Position numbers and translations under genes: made by a program
From: an uncultured Candidatus Entotheonella sp.
Lineage (GTDB): Bacteria > Tectomicrobia > Entotheonellia > Entotheonellales > Entotheonellaceae
NCBI GenBank assembly: GCA_965217185.1
Contig: OZ244252.1
Span: forward strand, 3,680,001-3,744,000
Reading direction: 5' to 3'
DNA: 64,000 nt
Part shown: positions 10,169 to 18,250 of the stretch, piece after piece
How positions within the stretch are numbered: the stretch's first letter is position 1
How the letters are laid out: every line of letters starts with the position of its first letter
Notes under the pieces: generated by a model
What the model was told of the DNA's origin: nothing
Databases searched by the model: none
The model's input: the letters and a program-made list of their open reading frames with translations, nothing else

Positions 10169-10485
10169 GCGAAAGCGACTTCGAACTGGTTGAGGGAAGC
10201 GGTAATGTGTTTCGTGATCTCGGCGATCCGCATGCGGACCTGAAACAGGCCAAGGCGATCCTGGCGGCCCGGATCATCGCCTTGCTGGACAAGCGCGGCC
10301 TGTCGGTGCGAAAGGCCGCCGACCTGACCAGATTTGCCGCGGCGGACTTCTCGCGCATTCGCAACGCGGATTTGGGACGGTTCACGCTGGACCGGTTGAT
10401 GAAGATGCTCGCCTCCCTTGATGAAAGTCTGCGGGTCACGCTCCATGTCACCAAGCGGCGCGGCGGTCATGGCCACCACGGCTGA
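10165..10485 (+). CDS. XRE/HTH antitoxin
   Basis: GSGNVFRDLG, ADFSRIRNADLGRFTLDRL; ATGA overlap with the toxin stop. Confidence 0.88.
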   Translation: MSESDFELVEGSGNVFRDLGDPHADLKQAKAILAARIIALLDKRGLSVRKAADLTRFAAADFSRIRNADLGRFTLDRLMKMLASLDESLRVTLHVTKRRGGHGHHG

Positions 10486-10525
10486 CGTGTGAGGCGGCTT
10501 GGCCAAGTAGAATGTAGAGGTTTCC

Positions 10526-10828
10526 ATGACCGAAATTTCCAGCGCAAGTTGCCTCGCCGCATGGCTGGGGGACAAGCCACCGGAATTCGCTTGCGTGCTG
10601 GCGATACGAATCTCACTGCGGGTGGCTCCGATACCGAGAAACACATTGTGTGCGGATGATGTGCCGCGCCCGCATTGTGCTGCCCTGTTTTCGCGCGCTG
10701 GCTGCAGCGAGCTTCGCGGCGCGTGGCCTGAGCGGATCGCGGATATACGACAGGCGGCCCACAGTACCGCGCGTGAGGCGCGCGATGCGATGTCGGAAAC
10801 GTACAATGAAGGCCAGGAATGTGGTTGA
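10526..10828 (+). pseudogene. Fragment of a hypothetical gene
   Basis: Protein-like segments (LAAWLGDKP...LRVAP; IVLPCFRALAAASF) split across frames. Confidence 0.3.
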
Positions 10829-11138
10829 AAGCAGGCAGGTCGTTCCCGAAGAGCGGTGGGTCGGCTGATGCACGTCGGTATCAAGGGTTACGTGGCAGAC
10901 CGCGGCACTTTTCTGCGCTTGCGCTGTGCTGTCCGCTCCGGTTTTGACGCCGCTGGCCAAGGGCATGGGGGTCATGTCGCTGGAGGCCTGGATGGGATTG
11001 TGGCGGGCCAGCAATTCCTGTTAGTCGCAAAACCTCTTGTTCCAGGCGGGTTCCGGTGACATTGAGAAAAAGTTCATCGTAGACTCCAAAGCGTCGACCG
11101 GGTTCATGATCTCGTCACTGCACGTCGGGAGAAGAACA

Positions 11139-11422
11139 ATGGCAAGGGGAAACCGATGTTGCGCAAGACGCTGAGCACGGTGGGTCTTCTGAGGACGGTG
11201 CGGTCGTGCTTCGAGCGCATCGAGGATGCGGTGTCGAGTCGGCTCTGGCGGTGTTCGGGATGAAGTCCCCGTCCCTGCTGCAGTTTCGACCGGGAGTCGC
11301 GGAGCGACGGCGCAGTGCGCGCCAACCTGCGCAGCCTCTACGGGGTGGAGCGGGCGCCGTCGGACACGCGGATGCGCGAGCGCCTGGACGAGGTGGATGC
11401 ACGCGACCTTCGGAGCGTCTGA
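11139..11422 (+). mobile_element. Transposase N-terminal remnant (ISNCY-like)
   Basis: LRKTLS...[49 protein letters not shown] spread over three frames. Confidence 0.7.
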
Positions 11423-11922
11423 CCGCCGAGCATCTGGCGGCGGAGCGTCCAAGGCGCGAACAGGGAGCACGGGAGCAGGCGCAACGCGAGGCTCAGGAGC
11501 GTGCTCGGCGCGAAGCCGAGGGACGCGCCCGACGTGAGGCAGAGGCGGAAGCGGAACGTCGTAGGCGGGAGTTGGAGCCCGGGCGGCGCTTCCGCGACTG
11601 TGACGCCTGCCCGGAGCTGGTGGTGGTGCCGGCGGGGTCGTTCATGATGGGGTCGCCGCCGGGCGAGGCCGGGCGAGGCGATGATGAAGGCCCGCAGCAC
11701 CGGGTGACGATTGCCGAGCCGTTCGCGGTAGGGGTGCATGAGGTGACCCGGAGCGAGTTTGCGCGCTTTGTGCGGGAGACGAACCGCTCGACGGGCAATT
11801 CCTGTTGGGTGTTGGACGTCAGTGAAGGGAAATGGGCGGAGCGTTCGGGCCTCAATTGGCGCAACCCCGGCTTCGCGCAGACCGACCGGCATCCGGTGGT
11901 GTGCGTGAATTGGGAGGAGGCG
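11420..11922 (+). pseudogene. Truncated FGE-sulfatase/SUMF1 (C-type lectin fold) domain protein
   Basis: E/R/A coiled coil, then [45 protein letters not shown]; ends mid-domain. Confidence 0.88.
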
Positions 11923-11927
11923 CATCT

Positions 11928-12203
11928 TTGGACAAAGCCTTTCGCGACCGGGCGCGTGAGACGGGACCGGCCTTGGAAGCCCACTACCGTTTCATCGTGT
12001 GGCTGGTACCGACGGTGGAAGGCTTTCCGCGCAGCCAGAAGTTCCTGTTGGGCGACCGCATCCAGCAAGGCGCCCTGGACGTTCTGGAGTCCCTCGTCGA
12101 GGCGACGTATACCCGGCAGCGCGGGCCGCACCTCAGGCGGGCCAACCTGGGCGTCGAGAAGCGTGGCTGTGGCACCCAGTTCAGCGAGATTTTGTCCAAT
12201 TGA
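11928..12203 (+). pseudogene. avd: DGR accessory variability determinant Avd, C-terminally truncated
   Basis: [35 protein letters not shown]...LVEATYT...ANLGVEK; TTG start after GGAGGAGG; similarity ends near 12161. Confidence 0.82.
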
Positions 12204-12239
12204 AGTTTATTCAAGCAGGAGAGAAGACCACGCCGATCA

Positions 12240-12298
12240 TCCTGGATCAGGTGGTGGGTATTGAAGACGCCCCCGCCGCGTAACGCAAAGTTGGTGAG
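12240..12298 (-). repeat. Copy 2 of the imperfect direct repeat; promoter-like
   Basis: tcctggatcaggtgg...taacgcaaagttggtgag; minus strand TTGCGT-N17-TTCAAT. Confidence 0.7.
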
Positions 12299-12542
12299 TC
12301 ACCGATCACTCCCTCCTTTGATCACCTGTCACAAGATGCAACAGTGTGGCAAATCAGCACATCCGCTGGCTTTTTCGTAAATTACACCATAATCAACATG
12401 ATTTCAGACGGTTAGATGCCTCCTCTATCTCCTCAACGCCTTACAAGCCGCTGCATTCTGCATCGCCCCGGAATCCGTCCATCCCCACGCACAGATCATC
12501 TAACGTTCTTTGCAGAAAGGACTTATCGGCTCGCCGGGGATT

Positions 12543-12558
12543 TGGCACCATTGATGCT
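12543..12558 (+). promoter_or_regulatory. Sigma54-like -24/-12 promoter
   Basis: TGGCACcattgaTGCT gives GG-N10-GC. Confidence 0.45.
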
Positions 12559-12643
12559 TTAGTAGTGGCCCGATTCGGCACCGATACAACCAGAATCGAA
12601 AATACAGCAGAGACCAGATTCAACCTTTTCAGGGAGTACAGTC

Positions 12644-12922
12644 GTGCATAACGCCAAGTCCCATCGCGTCTGGAAAGTCGCGGAGGCCAAGGTCCGTTTA
12701 TCGGAAATTCTGCGGCTTTCGGAAACGGAGGGTCCGCAGCACATCGGCGCGCGGAAATCCTTTGTCGTGGTGCCTGCCCACCTGTGGGCTGAGCGTGAGA
12801 CGCCTCGCAAGCCGCTTGGCCCATGGCTGGTTGAAAACACACCGCGCGGCACAAGCCTTGAAATTCCTGGATGCTGCGACTACGGGCTCGAGATTCCGTT
12901 TATCGACGAGGTGGACGCATGA
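12644..12922 (+). CDS. Phd/YefM-like antitoxin, orphan
   Basis: WKVAEAKVRLSEILRLSETEGPQHI; the overlapping downstream ATG (12919) stops after 12 codons. Confidence 0.75.
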   Translation: MHNAKSHRVWKVAEAKVRLSEILRLSETEGPQHIGARKSFVVVPAHLWAERETPRKPLGPWLVENTPRGTSLEIPGCCDYGLEIPFIDEVDA

Positions 12923-12957
12923 TTGGAGCGGAAAAGGTGTTGCCGAACGGGCAATGA

Positions 12958-14034
12958 TCAGTACGGGAACGGCCAGCGGCGCAGTTTTTCTTTGCCGATT
13001 TGCCACAGGCGGGCGAGGCCGCGGGGTTCAAGGATGAGGAAGGCGATGATGAAGCCGCCGAAGACGATGAACTCGATTTCCTTGGCGAGGTCGACAGGCA
13101 TATCAAGGCCGACGAGGTGGGGCGCGTTGGTGAGGAAAATGGGCAGCATGGTAATGAACGCCGCCCCGATGATGGAGCCGAGGATGCTGCCCAGGCCGCC
13201 GATGATGACCATGAAAAGCACCTCGAACGACACGTTGATGTCAAAGGCCAGGGTTTCGACGCTGCCGAGGTAGACGAATAGCATCAGGGCGCCGGCGATG
13301 CCGCAGTAGAACGAGCTGACGGCGAAGGCCGACAGCTTGGTCGTCAGGGGCCGGATGCCGATGATCTCCGCCGCCACGTCCATGTCGCGGATGGCCATCC
13401 AGGTGCGGCCGATCTCACTACGCACCAGATTCTTGGCGATCAGGGCGAAGACCACCACGAAGCTCAGCACCACCAGGTAGCGCACCGCGGCGGTGGCTTC
13501 GGGGCCGGTCACCATGATGCCCATAAGGGTTCGCGGCGGCGCGGTGATGGTGCCGGACGGGTTGTAGTTGTAGAACCAGGCGACGCGGTTGAACAGCCAG
13601 GTGAGGAAAAACTGCGCCGCCAGCGTTGTCACCGCCAGATACAGCCCCTTGATGCGCAGGCTCGGCAGCCCGAACACCAGGCCGACGCCGGCGGCCATGA
13701 CGCCCGCAAACAGGAAGACGACCACCATATTCAGTTCCGGCATGGCGGTGGTCAACTTGTAGGCGGTGTAGGCGCCAACCGCCATGAAGCCGCCGGTGCC
13801 GAGGGACAACTGACCGGTGTAGCCGGTGAGCAGATTGAGGCCGATGGCTGCCAAGGCATAGATCAGGAAGGGAATGAACACGGCTTGCAGCCAGTACTCA
13901 TTGGCCAGGGTCGGCACGACCCCGTACGCCGCCACCAGCACCAGCGCGACGCACCAGCGGTCCTGGGCAATCGGAAAGATGGCCTGATCGCGCCGGTACG
14001 ACGTTTTGAACTGCCCGGTCTCACGATACAGCAT
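12958..14034 (-). CDS. ABC permease (LivM-like)
   Basis: GLNLLTGYTGQLSLG, PSLRIKGLYLA, IIGGLGSILG. Confidence 0.92.
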   Translation of the reverse strand: MLYRETGQFKTSYRRDQAIFPIAQDRWCVALVLVAAYGVVPTLANEYWLQAVFIPFLIYALAAIGLNLLTGYTGQLSLGTGGFMAVGAYTAYKLTTAMPELNMVVVFLFAGVMAAGVGLVFGLPSLRIKGLYLAVTTLAAQFFLTWLFNRVAWFYNYNPSGTITAPPRTLMGIMVTGPEATAAVRYLVVLSFVVVFALIAKNLVRSEIGRTWMAIRDMDVAAEIIGIRPLTTKLSAFAVSSFYCGIAGALMLFVYLGSVETLAFDINVSFEVLFMVIIGGLGSILGSIIGAAFITMLPIFLTNAPHLVGLDMPVDLAKEIEFIVFGGFIIAFLILEPRGLARLWQIGKEKLRRWPFPY

Positions 14035-14036
14035 GC

Positions 14037-14972
14037 TTATACCCTTTCGATGATTTCTTCCCCGAACAGCCCCTGCGGCCTGAAGAACAACACGACCATT
14101 GCCAGCACGTAGGCGAACCAGTTCTCGATGGCGCCGCCAAAGGCCGGACCCCAGTAGACCTCGCCGATTTTCTCCCCAACCCCGATGATGAGCCCGCCGA
14201 CAATGGCGCCGGGGATGGACGTGATGCCACCCAGAATCAGCACCGGCAGGGCCTTTAACGCAATGAGCGACAGGCTGAACTGCACGCCGCTCTTCGATCC
14301 CCACATGATGCCCGCAACCAGGGCCACCAGACCTGCCACGGACCACACCGTGACCCAGATCGTCTGCAACGGAATGCCCACCGCGGTCGCCGCCTGATGG
14401 TCGTCCGCCACGGCGCGTAAAGCCCGCCCGATGGCGGTCTTCTGGGACAACACGGCCAGCAGGACCACCAGCACCGCGGCGGTCAACGCGGAAAACAACT
14501 CGAACTGGTTGAGCAGCATGCCGGCGAAATCGAAGGAATCGTCCGGGATGCCCAGGTCCAGGCGCTTGACGTTGCTGCCCCACAGCAGCTCGCCAAAGCC
14601 TTCGAGGAAGAACGACAGCCCGATGGTTGCCATCAGCAGCGTCAGCGGGTCCTGATTGACCAGCGGCCGCAGCACCAGCCGTTCGATGCCGTAGGCCAGC
14701 GCCACCATGACCGCGACGGTGACGGGCAGCGCGACCCAGACCGGCACGCCGCGCTCCATCTGCCCGACGAGCGTCAGGGCGGCGAACAGCACCATGATGC
14801 CCTGGGAAAAATTGAATACGCCGGAAGCCTTGAAGATGAGCACGAAGCCGAGCGCCACCATCGAATACATGACGCCCGTCATGAGCCCGCCGAGCACGAC
14901 CTCGGCAAAGAAAATCGGAGCCGACAGGATCTCCGTAAATGGCGTCACAAACCAAATGTCGAAGAAGCCCAT
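14037..14972 (-). CDS. ABC permease (LivH-like)
   Basis: ALGFVLIFKASGVFNFSQG, GRALRAVADD, FRPQGLFG. Confidence 0.92.
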   Translation of the reverse strand: MGFFDIWFVTPFTEILSAPIFFAEVVLGGLMTGVMYSMVALGFVLIFKASGVFNFSQGIMVLFAALTLVGQMERGVPVWVALPVTVAVMVALAYGIERLVLRPLVNQDPLTLLMATIGLSFFLEGFGELLWGSNVKRLDLGIPDDSFDFAGMLLNQFELFSALTAAVLVVLLAVLSQKTAIGRALRAVADDHQAATAVGIPLQTIWVTVWSVAGLVALVAGIMWGSKSGVQFSLSLIALKALPVLILGGITSIPGAIVGGLIIGVGEKIGEVYWGPAFGGAIENWFAYVLAMVVLFFRPQGLFGEEIIERV

Positions 14973-15006
14973 GTGAACGGAACCCTCGGAGAAATTTGCG
15001 TTGGCG

Positions 15007-15789
15007 TCAGGTGTGCGCCACACCCAGGTAGGCGTCGATGACGTCCGGGTTGGCGCGCACCTCGTCCGGCGATCCGTCGGCGATCTTGCGGCCGTAGTCG
15101 AGCACCACGACGCGGTCCGAGATGTCCATCACCACGCCCATGTCGTGCTCGATGAGCACGCAGGTAATGTCAAACTCGTCGCGAATGTCGAGGATGAAGC
15201 GGCACATGTCCTCCTTCTCCTCCACGTTCATGCCGGCCATGGGTTCATCGAGCAGCAGCAGGCGCGGTTCGGCGGCCAGCGCACGGCCCAATTCAACGCG
15301 TTTCTGCAAGCCGTATGGCAGGCGCCCGACCGGAGTCTTGCGAATGGCCTCGATCTCCAGAAAGTTGATTACCCGCTCGACGTACGCCCGGTGCGACTCC
15401 TCCTCACGCAGCGCCCGGCCCCAGTACAGCGCCTGGCTCAGCAGGCCGCTGCGCATGTGCAGAACGCGGCCGGTCATGAGGTTGTCGAGGGTGCTCATGC
15501 CCTTGAACAACGCCACATTCTGAAAGGTGCGGGCGATGCCCTGGCGGGCGACGTGATAGGGGCGCAGGTTGCGCGGGCGGGTCTGGCCCATGAACACCAG
15601 GCGGCCCTGCTGCGGGCGATAGACGCCGTTGATGACGTTGAGCAGCGAGGTCTTGCCGGCGCCGTTCGGGCCGATGATGGCGAGGATTTCGCCGCCGTAG
15701 ACCTCGATGCTGACGTCGATCAGCGCTTGCACGGCGCCGAAGGACAGGCTGACGCCTTCGACGCTCAACAGACTCTCGCGGTTGCTCAT
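15007..15789 (-). CDS. ABC ATP-binding protein (LivG-like)
   Basis: GPNGAGKT, ARTFQN, LPYGLQKRVE, IEHDM. Confidence 0.92.
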   Translation of the reverse strand: MSNRESLLSVEGVSLSFGAVQALIDVSIEVYGGEILAIIGPNGAGKTSLLNVINGVYRPQQGRLVFMGQTRPRNLRPYHVARQGIARTFQNVALFKGMSTLDNLMTGRVLHMRSGLLSQALYWGRALREEESHRAYVERVINFLEIEAIRKTPVGRLPYGLQKRVELGRALAAEPRLLLLDEPMAGMNVEEKEDMCRFILDIRDEFDITCVLIEHDMGVVMDISDRVVVLDYGRKIADGSPDEVRANPDVIDAYLGVAHT

Positions 15790-15806
15790 GGTATCTGCCT
15801 CTGCCT

Positions 15807-17765
15807 TCAACCGACCCGAGCCAGCGTTTCCGAAGCCCTCGGGGTGACGCTGCGGAGCCGCAGGTCCGCCTTCATCATGCCGGTGCGCCCGTCCTCGAAA
15901 ACCACCTGCGCCTCAATCGATACGGATTCGCCGTCGCTGTACAGGGCTTCGATGAGCTCGCCGTACTTGTCGGCGACGACGCGCCGCCGCACCTTGCGAG
16001 TGCGGGTCAGCTCGCCGTCATCGGGGTCGAGCTCCTTGTGCAGCACCAGGAAGCGCTGCGTCTGGGCGCCGGCCATCTGCGGCTCCTCGGCCAGGCTGGC
16101 GTTGACGCGCTCGATCTCGCTCTGCACGAGGTCGTAGACTTCCGGGCGCGCCGCCAGGTCGGCGTAGCTGGTGTAGACCAGGCCGCGCCGTTCGGCCCAG
16201 GTGCCGACCGCCTCCAGGTCAATGTTGATGAAGGCGCTGACGTAGGGTCGTTCATGCCCGAAGGCAACGGCCTCCTTGACGTAGGGGCTGAACTTCAGCT
16301 TGTTTTCGAGGTAGCGCGGTGCGAACAGCGTCTCCTGCCCGTCGTCGAGGTGGCTGACGTCGCGGGCGCGGTCGATGATCTTCAGGTGTCCCCCGTCGTC
16401 CAGGTAGCCGGCGTCGCCCGAATGCACCCAGCCGTCTTCCATCGCCTCAGCGGTGGCGTCGGGGTTCTTGTAATAGCCCAGGAACACGCCCGGACTGCGG
16501 TACATGACCTCGCCGTCGGCGGCGATCTTGAGCTCCACGTCGGGCATCACCGTGCCGACGGTATCGGGCTTCACGTCGCCGTCCGGTTGCACGCAGACGA
16601 AGACGCTGGCTTCCGTCATGCCGTAAAGCTGCTTGATGTTGATGCCGAGAGAGCGGTAGAAGGTGAAAATTTCGGAGCCGATGGCCTCGCCGGCGGTGTA
16701 GGCCAAGCGGATGCGGCTGAAGCCCAGGTTGTCCTTGAGCGGCCCGTAGACCAGCGCGTGGCCGAGACGGTACAGGAAGGCGTCGAGGGGATTGACGGCC
16801 TCCTTGGCGAGCTTGCGGGTGCCGACGCGCTGCGCTACCTGCAGGAAGAAGTGGCACACCTTGCGCTTGATCCAGGCGGCGTCTTCGAGGCGGATCATCA
16901 CCGACGTCAGGATGTTTTCCCACATGCGCGGCGGCGCGAAGAAGTAGGTCGGGCCGATGTCGTGCAAGTCCGTGAGCACCGTGTCGCTGCTCTCCGGGCA
17001 ATTGAGGGTGAAGCCGCCGCAATAAAACTGCCCGTATGAAAAGATGTGGTCGCCGACCCACGCCATCGGCAGGTACGACAGGATTTCCTCACTTTCCCCC
17101 AGCCCCTCGCGCTGTAGCGCGTTGCGGGAGGTGACGGCGATGTTGTCGTACGACAGCATGACGCCCTTTGGCCGCCCCGTGGTGCCGGAGGTGTAGAGAA
17201 TGACCGACAGGTCGCCGCCTTTGCCCAGGGCGACCTGCTCCTCGAAAAACCCGGGCTGCTGGGCGTCGAACTCGCGGCCCGCCGCCTGGATGGCCTCGAA
17301 GGCGAACAGGAACGGCTCGCTGTAGTGGCGCAGTCCGCGCAGGTCGTCGTAAACGATCAGTTCGAGTTGCGGGCAGCGCGGCATGACGAGCAGCAGCTTG
17401 TCCACCTGCTCCTGGTCCTCGACGATGGCGAAGCGCGTTTCGGCGTGTTCCAGGACGAACTGCGTTTCCTCGGCCACGGCGTCCTGGTACAGCGGCACCG
17501 GCACCCCGCCGATGCACTGCGCCGCCACCATGGCCCAGTAAAGCTGCGGCCGGTTGTCGCCGATGATAGCCACTTTGTCGCCGCGCTGCAGGCCCTTGGC
17601 GGCCAGCCCGCAGGCCAGTGCCCGCACCTCGTCGAGTATCTGCCCCCAACTGTATTCCAGCCAGATACCGAAGTCCTTCTCACGCATGGCGGTACGCTCC
17701 GCATGGCGGCCAGCGCGGTCGAGGAGAAATTTGGGAAAGGTGTCGGGCGCACTGGGCTGTTGCAT
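15807..17765 (-). CDS. Long-chain fatty acid-CoA ligase (AMP-binding)
   Basis: YTSGTTGRPKG, YGMTE, HSGDAG, ELTRTRKVRR. Confidence 0.92.
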   Translation of the reverse strand: MQQPSAPDTFPKFLLDRAGRHAERTAMREKDFGIWLEYSWGQILDEVRALACGLAAKGLQRGDKVAIIGDNRPQLYWAMVAAQCIGGVPVPLYQDAVAEETQFVLEHAETRFAIVEDQEQVDKLLLVMPRCPQLELIVYDDLRGLRHYSEPFLFAFEAIQAAGREFDAQQPGFFEEQVALGKGGDLSVILYTSGTTGRPKGVMLSYDNIAVTSRNALQREGLGESEEILSYLPMAWVGDHIFSYGQFYCGGFTLNCPESSDTVLTDLHDIGPTYFFAPPRMWENILTSVMIRLEDAAWIKRKVCHFFLQVAQRVGTRKLAKEAVNPLDAFLYRLGHALVYGPLKDNLGFSRIRLAYTAGEAIGSEIFTFYRSLGINIKQLYGMTEASVFVCVQPDGDVKPDTVGTVMPDVELKIAADGEVMYRSPGVFLGYYKNPDATAEAMEDGWVHSGDAGYLDDGGHLKIIDRARDVSHLDDGQETLFAPRYLENKLKFSPYVKEAVAFGHERPYVSAFINIDLEAVGTWAERRGLVYTSYADLAARPEVYDLVQSEIERVNASLAEEPQMAGAQTQRFLVLHKELDPDDGELTRTRKVRRRVVADKYGELIEALYSDGESVSIEAQVVFEDGRTGMMKADLRLRSVTPRASETLARVG

Positions 17766-17867
17766 GGGATTCTGTGCTTTCTTTAACCACGGGATCAATA
17801 AGGCGCCGTAACTTGTGCTCGACAAGCCCGACCGTCGTGCTGAGGTAGCCGTTATTCGCTCTTGAGT

Positions 17868-18212
17868 TTAACCAGCAGCTTCCTTATCTACAAACCGCAC
17901 TGCCGTGCCATAGCCTATCAACTCGGCGGCGCCTTCTGCGACGTTCGAGGTAACGAGTCGCATTCCAATCACCGCATCAGCTTTCATCTCCTGAGCTTGC
18001 TCGGCCATGCGCTGGAGTACGATATGGCCGGTCTGTTGCAACATATCCGAATAACCCCGCAACTCTCCTCCAACTGACCAGTTTTTGACATTCGCAGCCA
18101 TGTCACCTAGCAGAGGCTTGCTGCGACAACACGCCACCAAGATTGGCGCGATAGGCCTACACTCTTTTCCGTCAATCGTCTCCGTCGTTACGATTAAGAG
18201 GTCTGTTGTCAT
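17868..18212 (-). CDS. YbjQ/UPF0145 family protein
   Basis: VTTETIDG, VGGELRGY, ADAVIGMR, YGTAV. Confidence 0.85.
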   Translation of the reverse strand: MTTDLLIVTTETIDGKECRPIAPILVACCRSKPLLGDMAANVKNWSVGGELRGYSDMLQQTGHIVLQRMAEQAQEMKADAVIGMRLVTSNVAEGAAELIGYGTAVRFVDKEAAG

Positions 18213-18250
18213 TGCCTCTGTCTCCTGTTTCCTGTCGACTCCACCGCCGC

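Noticed and set aside
11206..12264. 352 aa ORF as one real protein
   Set aside because: Chimeric read-through of transposase, FGE and out-of-frame avd fragments
11420..12300. Functional DGR
   Set aside because: No reverse transcriptase and no TR/VR pair found in the window
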